A stretch of 64,000 nucleotides of DNA, taken from NCBI GenBank assembly GCA_050294405.1, contig JBNKOC010000016.1, positions 192,001-256,000 on the forward strand. The letters are read 5' to 3'. Both the position numbers and the translations under genes were made by a program. Below are positions 29,474 through 40,546 of the stretch, in pieces; the stretch's first letter is position 1; each line of letters opens with the position of its first letter. This DNA comes from Fibrobacteria bacterium (lineage in GTDB: Bacteria > Fibrobacterota > Fibrobacteria > UBA11236 > JADFYW01). A model generated the notes under the pieces. The model ran no database searches and was not told where the DNA came from. It saw only the letters and a program-made list of their open reading frames with translations.

Positions 29474-30255
29474 TGTCCGGTAACAATTCCAATGCAGAAA
29501 TAAAAACAGCCCTGGTTACTGGGGGTTCCAGGGGAATTGGCCTTGGGATTGTAAAACATCTGCTTAAGGAAAATTGGAAGGTTGCTGTTTGTGGACGGAA
29601 AACTCCTGAAGAAGCATCTGATTTTATCAAACAATATCCCGATGTTATATACACAGCATGCGATATGGCTGTTAAAGAGCAAAGGCATAAGTTACTGGAA
29701 GAGCTTAAACTTAAATTACCTTATATTAATTTATTAGTAAACAATGCAGGCATGGCTCCCCGGATACGAGCCGATATATTAGAGGCCAGTGAAGAGAGTT
29801 TTGATGAAATTATCAACGTAAATTTAAAGGGACCTTATTTTTTAACTCAATCCATGGCAAAATGGATGATTGAATCTCAGAATAAAATTAAAAATTTTAA
29901 CGGGAGCATTGTAAATATATCTTCCATCTCGGCCACAGTTGCATCTGTTTCCAGGGGAGATTATTGCATTTCTAAGGCTGGAATTTCTATGTCTACCCAA
30001 TTGTGGGCCACTCGATTGGCACAGCACGGAATTCCGGTTTTTGAATTAAGGCCTGGCATAATAAAAACAGATATGACCGCAGCAGTTACGGAAAAATACG
30101 ATAAATTAATCGCTGAGGGCTTATTGTTGATGCCGCGCTGGGGCACGCCGGAAGATGTGGGCAAAGCCGTTGCCATGTTAGCAAAAGGGGGGTTGCCCTA
30201 TGCAACAGGCCAGGCAATTTATCTGGATGGCGGATTAACTGTAAACAGACTATAA
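29473..30255 (+). CDS. Short-chain dehydrogenase/reductase
   Basis: TGGSRGIG, NNAG, YCISK. Confidence 0.9.
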   Translation: MSGNNSNAEIKTALVTGGSRGIGLGIVKHLLKENWKVAVCGRKTPEEASDFIKQYPDVIYTACDMAVKEQRHKLLEELKLKLPYINLLVNNAGMAPRIRADILEASEESFDEIINVNLKGPYFLTQSMAKWMIESQNKIKNFNGSIVNISSISATVASVSRGDYCISKAGISMSTQLWATRLAQHGIPVFELRPGIIKTDMTAAVTEKYDKLIAEGLLLMPRWGTPEDVGKAVAMLAKGGLPYATGQAIYLDGGLTVNRL

Positions 30256-30275
30256 CCAATCAATAAAAGGAAATT

Positions 30276-31376
30276 ATGTCAATCATTACATTAAAAGAAA
30301 AATCTGAATGTAGATATGATATTTTATCACTCGGAGAGATTATGTTAAGATTGGATCCGGGAGAGGGTAGAATTCGCACAACCCGCAGCTTTCAAGTATG
30401 GGAAGGCGGCGGAGAGTATAACGTGGCCAGAGGTCTTAGAAAATGTTTTGGCCAGCGTGCGGCAGTGGTCACTGCCTTAGCGGATAACGATGTAGGCCGC
30501 CTGGTGGAAGATTTAATTATGCAGGGCGGCGTGGATGTCAGTCATATTAAGTGGGTGCCTTTTGATGGTCTGGGCCGAAATGTGCGCAATGGTTTAAACT
30601 TCACAGAAAAAGGTTTTGGGGTTCGATCTGCATTGGGAATTGCGGATAGGGGGCATACGGCTATTTCCCAGCTTAAAAAAGGCGATATTGATTGGGAATA
30701 TGTTTTTGGTGAACTGGGCGTGCGCTGGTTCCATACGGGAGGTATTTTTGCCGCACTTTCCGACACTGCTCCCGAAGTTTTGGAAGAGGCCATGTTATGT
30801 GCAAAAAAACACGGCACTGTTATTTCTTATGATTTGAATTATAGACCTAGCCTATGGAGCAGTTTTGGCGGCAAAGCCAGAGCTCAGGAAGTAAACAAAA
30901 AATTAGCTCCGCTTATTGATGTTATGATTGGAAACGAAGAGGACTTTACCGCTTGTTTAGGCTTTGAAGTGGAAGGGGCTGATGCCAATCTTACTGATTT
31001 GGAAATTGACAGCTTTAAGGATATGATTCAGAATGTGGTCAAAGCTTATCCCAATTTTAAGGTAATAGCTACTACCCTGAGGGCTGTTAAATCTGCTACC
31101 GTAAACGACTGGGGAGCTATTGCCTGGCATAATAACGAATTCGCGGAAGCTATCCACAGGCCAGAACTGGAAATCTATGACAGGGTAGGGGGGGGAGATT
31201 CCTTCGCCTCGGGTTTAATTTACGGAGTCATGTTTAAGGAAAAAATTTCGGAAGCCGTAAATTACGGAGCTGCTCATGGAGCTTTGGCCATGACTACGCC
31301 TGGTGATACATCTATGGCTAATTTAAAAGAGGTGGAAAAATTAGTGGCTGGGGCAAGCGCCCGGGTTGTCAGATAA
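30276..31376 (+). CDS. kdgK: 2-keto-3-deoxygluconate kinase (PfkB family)
   Basis: GGGEYNVA, YDLNYRPSLW, GNEED, DRVGGGDSF; uronate context. Confidence 0.82.
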   Translation: MSIITLKEKSECRYDILSLGEIMLRLDPGEGRIRTTRSFQVWEGGGEYNVARGLRKCFGQRAAVVTALADNDVGRLVEDLIMQGGVDVSHIKWVPFDGLGRNVRNGLNFTEKGFGVRSALGIADRGHTAISQLKKGDIDWEYVFGELGVRWFHTGGIFAALSDTAPEVLEEAMLCAKKHGTVISYDLNYRPSLWSSFGGKARAQEVNKKLAPLIDVMIGNEEDFTACLGFEVEGADANLTDLEIDSFKDMIQNVVKAYPNFKVIATTLRAVKSATVNDWGAIAWHNNEFAEAIHRPELEIYDRVGGGDSFASGLIYGVMFKEKISEAVNYGAAHGALAMTTPGDTSMANLKEVEKLVAGASARVVR

Positions 31377-31393
31377 TTTACCCGGAGGCGCAA

Positions 31394-32728
31394 GTGGATA
31401 CTCAAAAAAAGTATACATTGCTTATATGCAATCCCGGTCATTTTCACGCAGCGCTTTCGCTGCGTTCATCCCATTCGTTGCTGTCATCTGATGTATATGT
31501 ATATAGTGAAGACAGCCCCGAATTAAAAAATTTCGAAAATTTTATTTCAGATTTTAATTCCAGGGAAGAAAACCCAACCAATTGGAAATTACATGTGTAC
31601 CGCGGCCCAGATTATCTGGAAAAATTAATTGCGGATAAAAATGGGGATGTGGCCATTTTAGCCGGAAAGAATAATGTTAAAATCAGCCACATCTCAAGAA
31701 TCGCTAAAGCCGGAATTCATGTATTAGCTGATAAACCCTGGCTTACGGATTTAGCTAATTTAAAACATTTGGAAGAGGCCAGCTCTCATACCGATATTTT
31801 AGTCAGAGATATAATGACGGAAAGATTTGAAATCACCACTATCCTTCAAAAATTATTTTTAAAAGAAAAAACAATTTTTGGTGAAATGGCACCTGATTCT
31901 AATGAATATCCCAGTATATACAAAGAATCCGTACATCACTTATATAAAATGGTAAATGGAAAACCCTTAAGGCGTCCCAATTGGTATTTTGACACTAACA
32001 TACAAGGTGAGGGGATAGTAGACGTTACTACCCACCTGGCGGATATGGTCCAATGGATGCTCTCTTCAGGGGAGCCCATTGAGTTTGGCAAAAATCTGGA
32101 ATTGCAGGATGCCAGGCGCTGGTATACCTGTCTTTCCCAAACTAAATTTAAATCAATTACAAATGAAGATTTCCCCGATTTTTTACAAGCTTATATAAGG
32201 GATAATCAATTGCTGTATTTTTGCAATGGGGAATTAAAGTACCGGCTCAATAACATTCCTGTACATATTAAAGTCATTTGGAATTTGGAGCCCCCGGTTG
32301 GCGGTGGGGACACCCATTTTTCCCTCATAAGAGGAAGCTTGTCTAACTTGATAATTGAGCAAACCGGAGAAAGCTCTTTTAAACCTGAGTTTTATATTGA
32401 GCCTAAACAAAACTTCTCAAGGGTTTTTGACGAAGTAAATGGGGCATTAAAAAACCAAGACCAAAGATATTCCGGGCTAAAGGCCCAAAAATCGGGGGAC
32501 AGAATTCATATAAAAATTCCCGATGTATTGCGAACTACTCATGAGGAGCATTTCGCCGAAGTAAGAGATGCGTATCTGAATAATTTGAGTGAGGGAAAAA
32601 TGGATTCCATTGAGTCAAACCATATTCTCTCAAAATATAAGTTATTGGCGAAAGCCAGAGAGTTGGCTTTTAACTCCGACTTTGAACCTTTACCCACATA
32701 CAATTTTCAAAATATGGAGGCCATATAA
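31394..32728 (+). CDS. Gfo/Idh/MocA-related putative oxidoreductase
   Basis: PGHFHAAL, VLADKP, DIMTERFE, QGEGIVDVTTHL. Confidence 0.72.
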   Translation: MDTQKKYTLLICNPGHFHAALSLRSSHSLLSSDVYVYSEDSPELKNFENFISDFNSREENPTNWKLHVYRGPDYLEKLIADKNGDVAILAGKNNVKISHISRIAKAGIHVLADKPWLTDLANLKHLEEASSHTDILVRDIMTERFEITTILQKLFLKEKTIFGEMAPDSNEYPSIYKESVHHLYKMVNGKPLRRPNWYFDTNIQGEGIVDVTTHLADMVQWMLSSGEPIEFGKNLELQDARRWYTCLSQTKFKSITNEDFPDFLQAYIRDNQLLYFCNGELKYRLNNIPVHIKVIWNLEPPVGGGDTHFSLIRGSLSNLIIEQTGESSFKPEFYIEPKQNFSRVFDEVNGALKNQDQRYSGLKAQKSGDRIHIKIPDVLRTTHEEHFAEVRDAYLNNLSEGKMDSIESNHILSKYKLLAKARELAFNSDFEPLPTYNFQNMEAI

Positions 32729-32729
32729 T

Positions 32730-33830
32730 ATGAAATCAAAAAAAGCTTTGGGATTTGGAATTGTGGGCTGCGGCATGATTGGTCATTTTCATGCCAAGGC
32801 GATTACAGCTATGAAAAATGGCAATTTGCAGTGCGTCTTTGACTTAAACCCCAAATCTGCCGAAAAATTAGCTTCAGAATATGGATGTAAGTTTTATGTA
32901 AATTATGCTGAATTTTTAAGGCATCCGGGTTTGGATGTGGTAACTATTGGCACGCCCAGTGGAGCCCATTTGGAACCGGCTTTGGAAGCAGCCAAAGAGA
33001 AAAAGCATATTATCTGCGAAAAACCTCTTGAGGTAAATTTGGAACGCATTGATAAAATGATACAAACATGCCGCAAAAACAAAGTGGTTCTGGCAGGAGT
33101 GCACCCAAGGAGGTTCTTTCCCTCTGTAAAAGAGTTCAAAAAGGCAGTGGACAAAGGCCGATTGGGAAAACTGGTGATGGCAGACGCCTATATTAAATGG
33201 CACAGAACCCAGGCTTATTATGACAGTGGGGGATGGAGAGGCACCTGGAAGCTGGATGGCGGCGGAGCTTTGATGAACCAGTCTATACATACTATAGACC
33301 AGTTGTATCATTTGGCTGGCGATGTAAAATCCGTTTGCGCTTTTGCAAAAAGGGCTTCTCACGAACGCATTGAAGTGGAAGATATTGCAGTGGCTATCCT
33401 GGAATTTAAAAATGGAGCTATGGGAACCATTGAAGGCAGTACCTCCTGCTATTCCAACCTGGGACATGGTGCCGAAGTTCATTTGTGCGGAACGGAAGGC
33501 TCCATTTTTATGAAAGACGACAGTTTTAAAGTTTGGGATTTCAAAAAATCCTTAAAGGCAGATAAAAATATCCTGGCTGACTACGGAGAGCAGGCCAATA
33601 AAAAAGGGGTGGGGGCAGCAGACCCTAAAGCTATTTCTTATGAAGGGCACAAAAATATTTTTGAAGATGCTGCAAGGGCTATTTTAAAGGGAGAGCAGCC
33701 AGCTATTACAGGTGAGGAGGCCCGCAAGTCGGTGGAAATTATACTGGCTATATATGAGTCGGCCTTAAAGGGTGGAAAGAAAATATCTTTGCCCCTAAAG
33801 AAGTCGCCTAAATTAAAACCTTTTAATTAA
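32730..33830 (+). CDS. Gfo/Idh/MocA oxidoreductase
   Basis: GIVGCGMIG, TPSGAH, CEKP, GGGALMNQSIH; ATG at 32730 after GGAGG. Confidence 0.9.
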   Translation: MKSKKALGFGIVGCGMIGHFHAKAITAMKNGNLQCVFDLNPKSAEKLASEYGCKFYVNYAEFLRHPGLDVVTIGTPSGAHLEPALEAAKEKKHIICEKPLEVNLERIDKMIQTCRKNKVVLAGVHPRRFFPSVKEFKKAVDKGRLGKLVMADAYIKWHRTQAYYDSGGWRGTWKLDGGGALMNQSIHTIDQLYHLAGDVKSVCAFAKRASHERIEVEDIAVAILEFKNGAMGTIEGSTSCYSNLGHGAEVHLCGTEGSIFMKDDSFKVWDFKKSLKADKNILADYGEQANKKGVGAADPKAISYEGHKNIFEDAARAILKGEQPAITGEEARKSVEIILAIYESALKGGKKISLPLKKSPKLKPFN

Positions 33831-35230
33831 TCCAACTGCAAACCGAAATAACTTTCGGCGTTGTAGTAACATATATCCGACACCATTTTACCCACCAGCT
33901 CCATGTCATTGGGGATTTCGCCTTTTTGCATATCCTGACCTAATATGTTACATAGAATGCGCCGGAAGTATTCGTGTCTGGGGTAACTTAAAAAGCTACG
34001 GGAATCTGTTAACATGCCCACAAAACGACTGAGCAAACCTAAATTGGAAAGGGCGTTGATTTGCCATTCCATACCTTCTTTTTGATCTAAAAACCACCAG
34101 CCGGAACCAAACTGGATTTTACCGGGATAACTGCTGTCTTGAAAATTTCCAATCATAGTGGCCAGAGTGTAGTTGTCTTTGGGATTAATGTTGTATAAAA
34201 TGGTTTTGGGAAGGGCGTTTTCGCGGCAAAGGCTGTCCAGGTATTTGGATAACATTTCCGCTTGCGGGTAATCGCCGATGGAATCAAACCCGGTATCGGG
34301 ACCTGCCTTAGCTAACATAGCGCTGTTGTTGCTGCGCAAGGGCCCTAAATGCAATTGTTTTGTCCAGTTTTTTTCGGAATCCAAAAGCCCGAAAAAATAC
34401 ATCATGTAAGACGAAAATTTTTCTGTCTCTTCGGCGGTGGCATGTTTACCGGCCAGGGCGTTTGTAAATATCGCGGAAGCCTCTGATTCACTACAGGGAT
34501 GCGCATAACAGTAGGGAAGCCCATGGTCAGACAAACGGCCCCCCGCACTGTGGAAAAAATCATGGCGCTGTTTGAGGCAATCTAAAAAATCATTAAAATT
34601 CCGGATTTCCATTTGGGCCGCATTTTCAAGTCTAGCCACCCATTCCCTCCATCCGGGTAAATTTATTTTAAGGGCATTGTCCGGACGAAAGGTAGGAAAG
34701 ACTTTTGTTTTGAGCTGGCTTTTTTGAATTTCCAAATGGTAGCTAAGATCATCGACAGGATCGTCTGTTGTGCATACCGCTTTAACCTTAAAGGAGTTTA
34801 AAATTCCATGGGCGCTTAATGTATCTTCCTTTAATTTAGATTCAGCTAAATCCCAAATCTCTCTGGCATTTTGTTCATTGATTAATTTGTAATAATCAAA
34901 GTATCTGGCTAATTCCAGATGGCTCCAGTGATATAGAGGGTTTCGCAGTGCTTTTGGCATTGTATTAACAAAAGCCAAAAATTTTTCGTATGGCTCTCCA
35001 TCACCCGTGCAAAATTTTTCTTCAACCCCGTTGGAGCGCATGGCTCTCCATTTATAGTGGTCGCCCTCCAACCAAATTTCATACATATTTTGAAAACGTC
35101 TATTTTCTGCAACATCCTTGGGGGATAAGTGGCAATGGTAATCAATAATGGGCAAGCTTTCGGCGTAATCGTGGTAAAGTTTTTTCGCTTCTTCGCTGTG
35201 GAGTAAAAAGTCTGGATGGATAAAATTCAT
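33827..35230 (-). CDS. uxaC: Glucuronate (uronate) isomerase
   Basis: PIIDYHCHL, GDHYKWRAMR, CTTDDP, GSGWWFLDQ, GMLTDSRSFLSYPRHEYFRR. Confidence 0.95.
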   Translation of the reverse strand: MNFIHPDFLLHSEEAKKLYHDYAESLPIIDYHCHLSPKDVAENRRFQNMYEIWLEGDHYKWRAMRSNGVEEKFCTGDGEPYEKFLAFVNTMPKALRNPLYHWSHLELARYFDYYKLINEQNAREIWDLAESKLKEDTLSAHGILNSFKVKAVCTTDDPVDDLSYHLEIQKSQLKTKVFPTFRPDNALKINLPGWREWVARLENAAQMEIRNFNDFLDCLKQRHDFFHSAGGRLSDHGLPYCYAHPCSESEASAIFTNALAGKHATAEETEKFSSYMMYFFGLLDSEKNWTKQLHLGPLRSNNSAMLAKAGPDTGFDSIGDYPQAEMLSKYLDSLCRENALPKTILYNINPKDNYTLATMIGNFQDSSYPGKIQFGSGWWFLDQKEGMEWQINALSNLGLLSRFVGMLTDSRSFLSYPRHEYFRRILCNILGQDMQKGEIPNDMELVGKMVSDICYYNAESYFGLQLD

Positions 35231-35244
35231 AAAACTCACCGATG

Positions 35245-36024
35245 TTAAATAGTAGTGGAAGAAAATCCACCGTCTACTACTAATTCAAGTCCTGTAATAA
35301 AGCCGCCCGCTTTTTGAGATGCTAATAGCAGGGCTGCTCCCCAAAGTTCCTCAGCACTTCCAAAACGCTTCATGGGAGTATGCCCCATAATGGATTCAAT
35401 GCGCGCGGGATTTAATACTTTTTTATTTTGCTCAGCGGGAAAAAAACCAGGCACCAGGGTATTTACCCTAATGTTGTGGACCGCCCATTCCCTGGCCAGA
35501 TTTTTGGACAGGTTGTGTACAGCGGCCTTGCTGGCAGAATAATTAAAAACTTTAGAAAGAGGAATTAAGCCGCTCATACTTCCAATGTTAATAATAGAGG
35601 CGGGAATTTTATTTTCTAAAAAATATTTTCCAAAAACCTGGCAGGTTTTAAAAAGAGCTTTGTAATTAATATTAAAAATATTTTCAATTTCCTCTTCAGC
35701 AACCTCCAGAAAGGGAGTGGGTGAGTTGACTCCAGCTCCATTCACGAGAATATGTATTTGAGGGGTTAACTTTAAACTTTCGGATAATAAATTCTGAAAG
35801 CAATTAGGAGAATTTAAATCCAGTGGGACGAAGTGCCCTTGTCCCCCTTGCTTTTTTATGCTATCCAGCTTTTGTTTGGCCTTTTCTTCAGATCTTCCTG
35901 CAATGATAACGGTAGCTCCAGCTAAAGCAAAAGCTTGGGCAATGGAGCCGCATAGCTCCCCGGTCCCACCAGTGATAACAGCAGTTTTGCCTTCCAATCC
36001 AAATAGTTGTTCTATAGAATTCAT
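35245..36024 (-). CDS. SDR, D-mannonate oxidoreductase / gluconate 5-dehydrogenase-like
   Basis: [30 protein letters not shown]; next to uxaC. Confidence 0.75.
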   Translation of the reverse strand: MNSIEQLFGLEGKTAVITGGTGELCGSIAQAFALAGATVIIAGRSEEKAKQKLDSIKKQGGQGHFVPLDLNSPNCFQNLLSESLKLTPQIHILVNGAGVNSPTPFLEVAEEEIENIFNINYKALFKTCQVFGKYFLENKIPASIINIGSMSGLIPLSKVFNYSASKAAVHNLSKNLAREWAVHNIRVNTLVPGFFPAEQNKKVLNPARIESIMGHTPMKRFGSAEELWGAALLLASQKAGGFITGLELVVDGGFSSTTI

Positions 36025-36035
36025 AAACTTTTTTG

Positions 36036-37130
36036 TTACTGCTGGCTTTTTGAAAAAGAGCTAAGTTCCCATTTTGCTTCGTTACATTCTTCTGCAATTT
36101 CATTAAAGGCTTCAATCTCTGCCTCGGAGAATAAAAGTCCGCCTTGTTTTTCGCTTTGAGCCGCGGCTCTGGCTTCCAGTTCTCCTGGAAGAAGGCAGTT
36201 TTCATTTCCTCCGGAAAGGATGTTTTTAATTACAGCTTCAACATTTTGTATTTGATTGCGACCCTGAGCAAAACTGCTCGAGCTTAATGCCTCCGGATGG
36301 ATAACCTGGAAAAAGAAATTGGGGCTGTGCTTTTCGCCATCGTCCTTCCATATGCTTCGAAGGGTAGGCAGGGAGCCTCCAATAAAAGAGCTAACAATTT
36401 CATTGATTAAAGCCATGCTATAGCCTTTATGTCCGCCAAAAGTCATTAGGGAAACGGCTTTATCGGGATCGGTGGTCATGCTGCCATTGGCATCCAACGC
36501 TACATTTTCGGGAAGAGATTTTTTTTCCCTTTTAAATTGCTGTACCCGACCCATAGCCATAACCGAAGTGGCCCAGTCAATTACAATTGGAAAACCAATG
36601 GCCTTAGTCGTTGGAAAGCCCCAACTGTGGGGGTTTGTTCCCAAAGTAGGGTTTTTCCCCATAAAGGGCACCACTTCGGCAAGAGCTGCGGTGCAATTGG
36701 TGTATGCAATATAACCCTTTTTTGCGGTTTCCATTACATATCCACCGCCCCACAAATAGTGAAAGGCATTGTCCACAGAAACTGTTCCCACTCCGAACTC
36801 ATCGGCAAGTTCGATGCACCTTGCCATGGCCTCTTCGGCCACCGCTTGACCCAACTTTCTGTTGGCGTTCCAAACTTCACAGGCCTTAAAGCGTCCGGGA
36901 ATTTTTTCTATGCTAACATTGGGTTTACAACCTTGCGCGCCGCTTCCAAACAAATGGTCCAGATGCAGGGCTTTTATGGCATTATGGGTTCTAATCCCAT
37001 GCCAGGAGGCTTTTGCGGCGAATTCTGCTGCAATTTTAGCTTCACTTTGGGAGTAACCTCTTTTCATGTAGGCTTTTTCAACCAACTGATTGTGCCTGTC
37101 TATTGGAACGATAAAAAATGTATCTGACAT
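36036..37130 (-). CDS. Ldh_2 family (malate/L-lactate/ureidoglycolate-type) oxidoreductase
   Basis: GIRTH, LGTNP, GGHKGY, LPGE. Confidence 0.8.
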   Translation of the reverse strand: MSDTFFIVPIDRHNQLVEKAYMKRGYSQSEAKIAAEFAAKASWHGIRTHNAIKALHLDHLFGSGAQGCKPNVSIEKIPGRFKACEVWNANRKLGQAVAEEAMARCIELADEFGVGTVSVDNAFHYLWGGGYVMETAKKGYIAYTNCTAALAEVVPFMGKNPTLGTNPHSWGFPTTKAIGFPIVIDWATSVMAMGRVQQFKREKKSLPENVALDANGSMTTDPDKAVSLMTFGGHKGYSMALINEIVSSFIGGSLPTLRSIWKDDGEKHSPNFFFQVIHPEALSSSSFAQGRNQIQNVEAVIKNILSGGNENCLLPGELEARAAAQSEKQGGLLFSEAEIEAFNEIAEECNEAKWELSSFSKSQQ

Positions 37131-38108
37131 CTAGGAAACCGCCTTAACCGGAACTTTGTTTACCTGGGCCAGGGGTTTTTTTCCCGATAAGGCCAGAATC
37201 AGGTTTTCAACCGCCATCCCGGCTTGCCTTTGTACGCTTTCATGGGTTCGGGACCCAATGTGAGGGGTTACAATGCAATTTGGGATTTTAAGTAAGGGGT
37301 GGTCAGGAGCAGGAGGCTCCTCATCTAATACATCAGTGCCATAACCTTTTATTTTTCCATCTTGAAGCGCTTTAGCCATAGCCTTTGTATCTACCAGTTC
37401 CCCTCTGGCGCAGTTGATTACAATGGCATTTTCCCGGAATAATTTTAAAGTTTCGTCCCGAATTATATGCCGGGTGGAATCTGTTAAATTAGTGTGGAGG
37501 GATATAATATCGCATTTTGAAAACAGCTCTTCTGCGGCGGAAAGCTTTTGGACTTCATATTCTGCGGCAAAAGATTCATCCCAATATACATCGTAACCCA
37601 TGCAGGGCATGCCAAAGGCCTTGGCCCGTTTTACCACTTCTTTGCCAATTCTCCCCAATCCAAGCACTCCGATGGTTTTGCCCATAATCTCATTTCCAAT
37701 CAAGCGCTTCCATTGTCCCTGACGGGTGTAATCCACCTCGGGAACTAAATTTTTAACCAGTGCTAACATCAATGCAAAGCAATGTTCTGCGACAGTTGTG
37801 TGGTTTACTCCCGGGCAAAAAGTAACGGGAATTCCCAATTCGGTGGCAGCTTCTACATCAATTTTATCTACCCCGATGCCGTATTTGCTGATTAATTTTA
37901 ACCTCGGCAAACTTTTTTCCAAAACCTTCCTGCTGATAACATCATCGCCGCATAAAAAGGCGTCAAAGTCCCCGCTCAAATTTAAAATGGCCTCTTCAGA
38001 TAATGGGCCTCTTGCTCGTACCACCTCGAAGCCCTGGCTGTCTAGTCTTTCGTGGTGGGAGCCGGGTGTGTCTTGAAATGACGTTGTTGTCAATAAAATC
38101 CTAACCAT
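37131..38108 (-). CDS. D-isomer-specific 2-hydroxyacid dehydrogenase (PGDH-like, no ACT domain)
   Basis: GIGVDKID, GLGRIG, INCARG, DV..EPP, TPHIG. Confidence 0.88.
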   Translation of the reverse strand: MVRILLTTTSFQDTPGSHHERLDSQGFEVVRARGPLSEEAILNLSGDFDAFLCGDDVISRKVLEKSLPRLKLISKYGIGVDKIDVEAATELGIPVTFCPGVNHTTVAEHCFALMLALVKNLVPEVDYTRQGQWKRLIGNEIMGKTIGVLGLGRIGKEVVKRAKAFGMPCMGYDVYWDESFAAEYEVQKLSAAEELFSKCDIISLHTNLTDSTRHIIRDETLKLFRENAIVINCARGELVDTKAMAKALQDGKIKGYGTDVLDEEPPAPDHPLLKIPNCIVTPHIGSRTHESVQRQAGMAVENLILALSGKKPLAQVNKVPVKAVS

Positions 38109-38274
38109 AATAACTCCCCTATTAATGGCTAAAATATAACTGAAATTATGGGAATTGCAATTTTAAGGAACTCTCAAAGCGATAAAACCCTGCAAAAAAT
38201 ACTGTTTAAGTAATTTTTTTACCAGTATGTAAAAAGAAAATGGAACGAGAGAAAAGAAGCGCAAGGGGTTTGTT

Positions 38275-38700
38275 TTACGGAGAAAAACGAACCTGCATCA
38301 TCCCGCAGGAAGTTAAAACTTTTTTTAGCATATATTCATTAAAAGGTTTTTCAATTATGCTATGGATGTGGTCTTTGGGAATTTTTTGTACGGAGGGATC
38401 GTTGCCATTGACCGTGCATAAAATGATGGGTAGCTCCTTTAACTCAGGATTTTGTTTTACGCGGGAAACCAACTCTCCACCATTTTCCTGATGGAGGTAA
38501 AAGTCGGAAATGATGCAGCCAATGCTTGGCTCCATTTCCAGATCTAAAATGGCATCTTCAATGTTCAGAGCTGCAAATGTATTGAATCCCAATTTGCGCA
38601 AATAATATTTGCTGAGGTACACCCAGTCCATATCATCATCCACTATTAAAACACTATTACGACTTGCTAACTTCTGATTGTAAGATTTATACCAAGTCAT
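38275..38700 (-). CDS. Single-domain response regulator receiver
   Basis: VLIVDDD, IISD, IILCT, EKPF. Confidence 0.78.
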   Translation of the reverse strand: MTWYKSYNQKLASRNSVLIVDDDMDWVYLSKYYLRKLGFNTFAALNIEDAILDLEMEPSIGCIISDFYLHQENGGELVSRVKQNPELKELPIILCTVNGNDPSVQKIPKDHIHSIIEKPFNEYMLKKVLTSCGMMQVRFSP

Positions 38701-39046
38701 ATTCCTCCCAATGGATGCAAAACAAAAGTTGGGTACATTATAGAGTTAATTTGAATTTAAAGTCAAACACAGATTCCTGCTTTGTAATTTTTGGCTAAGG
38801 GATGTAAATAATGGCTCATCCAGTAAAAACAAGGCTGAGAGAGAAATTGCCAATTTGTCTAATTGATGTGTTTTCTCATGAGATTTGTTAATGCCAAAGT
38901 CAAATTTTAGTGACAATATTTAGGGATTCTGAATTTTTATAAGAGTACAATTGAAAAAAGCGCAATAAAAAGCTTAAGAAAAATAAATGTATTTGGAGCA
39001 AATCCCCGATTTATTTATGTTCGGGGGATAGGAATTAAAAAGAGAT

Positions 39047-40408
39047 ATGACAAAGGTTGCAATCCTTTCCAAGATATTTTTCCGTACCAGCTTTGCTGCA
39101 GGTATTATTGCCGGAGTATGGTATTGCACAAAGGGAACGGGCAAACAGGCCGCACTTCCCGAAAATAAGATCGAAGTCGTTGCTACAGCAGAAAAACCGG
39201 TAGAAATAAAAAAAGAAGATGTCTTAGTTAAAGGACAAATTCTTCCCAGGCAGGGTTTTTTTCAGGCTCTAATGGCTATGGGCCTTAACCAGGCGAAGTC
39301 CCTGGAGCTCATTAATCTGTTGAAAGACAACGTGGAACTGGATAACATTGTTGCCGGAGAAGAGCTAGAATTAAAATTAAGTGCAGACAGCAGTCGGGTT
39401 TTGTCTTTTCTTTACCATCCCAATAGCATTGTTTTCCACCGTCTTACGAGAAACGAAGGCGATAGCCTTGTGTATGCTTATGAAGAACTTCCCACCGAAA
39501 CAAAATACCGGATTGTAGAAGGAGAAATTAAAGCAGGCTCTTCCTTAAATGATATGTTGCTGGAAAAGGGGCTTCCCCAGAGCTTAACTCAGGTCGTTAA
39601 CGGTGTGTTACTGTGTAAAATTAGCTTCAGAACGGATGCCAGAGAGGGAGATCGCTTTAAAGTTCTGCTTTCCGAACGCTTTTTTGGGGAAGAACGCATT
39701 GACGGCCTGGTTCAATATGCTTCCTACGATGGTAGCAAAGTAGGATTTTTCCACGCTTATCGCTATGAAGATCCCGATCCCAAATCCTCATACAATGCCC
39801 ATTATACCCCACAGGGAGAGGCTTTGATTCATTCTGGCTTGCGCTATCCCATAGATCGATTGCATATTTCTTCAAGTTACGGTATGCGGATTCATCCCGT
39901 TACAGGTCGCAAGGCCATGCACGCCGGTGTAGACTACAGCGCCAGAACCGGAACCCCGGTTTATGCTGTGGCTAAGGGCAAGGTGGTGGAATCCACTTAT
40001 GATCAATATAGTGGTAATAAGGTGGCCATTCGGCATAACGACAATTCAATTTCCTACTATTTGCATTTGAGCAAAAGGTCTGTGAGTCGTGGGCAAACAG
40101 TGAGATCCCGGCAAATGATTGGCAAGGTGGGTGCCACGGGCCGCGTGACCGGTCCTCATTTGCATTTTGGTTTTAAAAATCATAAAGGTAGATGGATTAA
40201 CCCTCTAACAAAACGCATGATTGCCACTCCCAAACTTTCGGGAGACCGGTTGACCCGTTTGCAGGAGCAAATCCAGATTCTTGATGATGCCATGAATTCC
40301 ATGGAATTAATGCAAGCTCTGGGTTTTGATTTGCAAGGCAATCCCCTTCCCGGGCAAGAAAGGGAAAAAGTCTCCACTGTAAATGGGGAAACTAAAATCA
40401 GCGGCTAA
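39047..40408 (+). CDS. M23 family peptidoglycan endopeptidase (MepM/Csd3-like)
   Basis: HAGVD (HxxxD), YLHL and GPHLHF motifs; N-terminal anchor. Confidence 0.9.
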   Translation: MTKVAILSKIFFRTSFAAGIIAGVWYCTKGTGKQAALPENKIEVVATAEKPVEIKKEDVLVKGQILPRQGFFQALMAMGLNQAKSLELINLLKDNVELDNIVAGEELELKLSADSSRVLSFLYHPNSIVFHRLTRNEGDSLVYAYEELPTETKYRIVEGEIKAGSSLNDMLLEKGLPQSLTQVVNGVLLCKISFRTDAREGDRFKVLLSERFFGEERIDGLVQYASYDGSKVGFFHAYRYEDPDPKSSYNAHYTPQGEALIHSGLRYPIDRLHISSSYGMRIHPVTGRKAMHAGVDYSARTGTPVYAVAKGKVVESTYDQYSGNKVAIRHNDNSISYYLHLSKRSVSRGQTVRSRQMIGKVGATGRVTGPHLHFGFKNHKGRWINPLTKRMIATPKLSGDRLTRLQEQIQILDDAMNSMELMQALGFDLQGNPLPGQEREKVSTVNGETKISG

Positions 40409-40546
40409 ATTTGTTCGCTAAATTTTGCTCCTAATTGGCTAAAAAAAGTTGGGCTTTTTGAGAAAAGCCTTGAGGTCCACGTCCCTTGTCCACAATATTT
40501 AAGTGCCGCACGAGCTTTTCATTTTTTTTTGAGGTATATTAATGTT

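Noticed and set aside
32916..33482. 188-aa minus-strand ORF
   Set aside because: Antisense to a Gfo/Idh/MocA gene
36537..37127. 196-aa plus-strand ORF
   Set aside because: Antisense to the Ldh_2 oxidoreductase
21573..38700. Idea that the uronate cluster is a mobile island bounded by two orphan receiver genes
   Set aside because: No integrase, transposase, tRNA or flanking direct repeats seen
39002..39029. Hairpin ATCCCCGA...TCGGGGGAT upstream of the M23 gene
   Set aside because: Single modest hairpin without further support for a regulatory RNA
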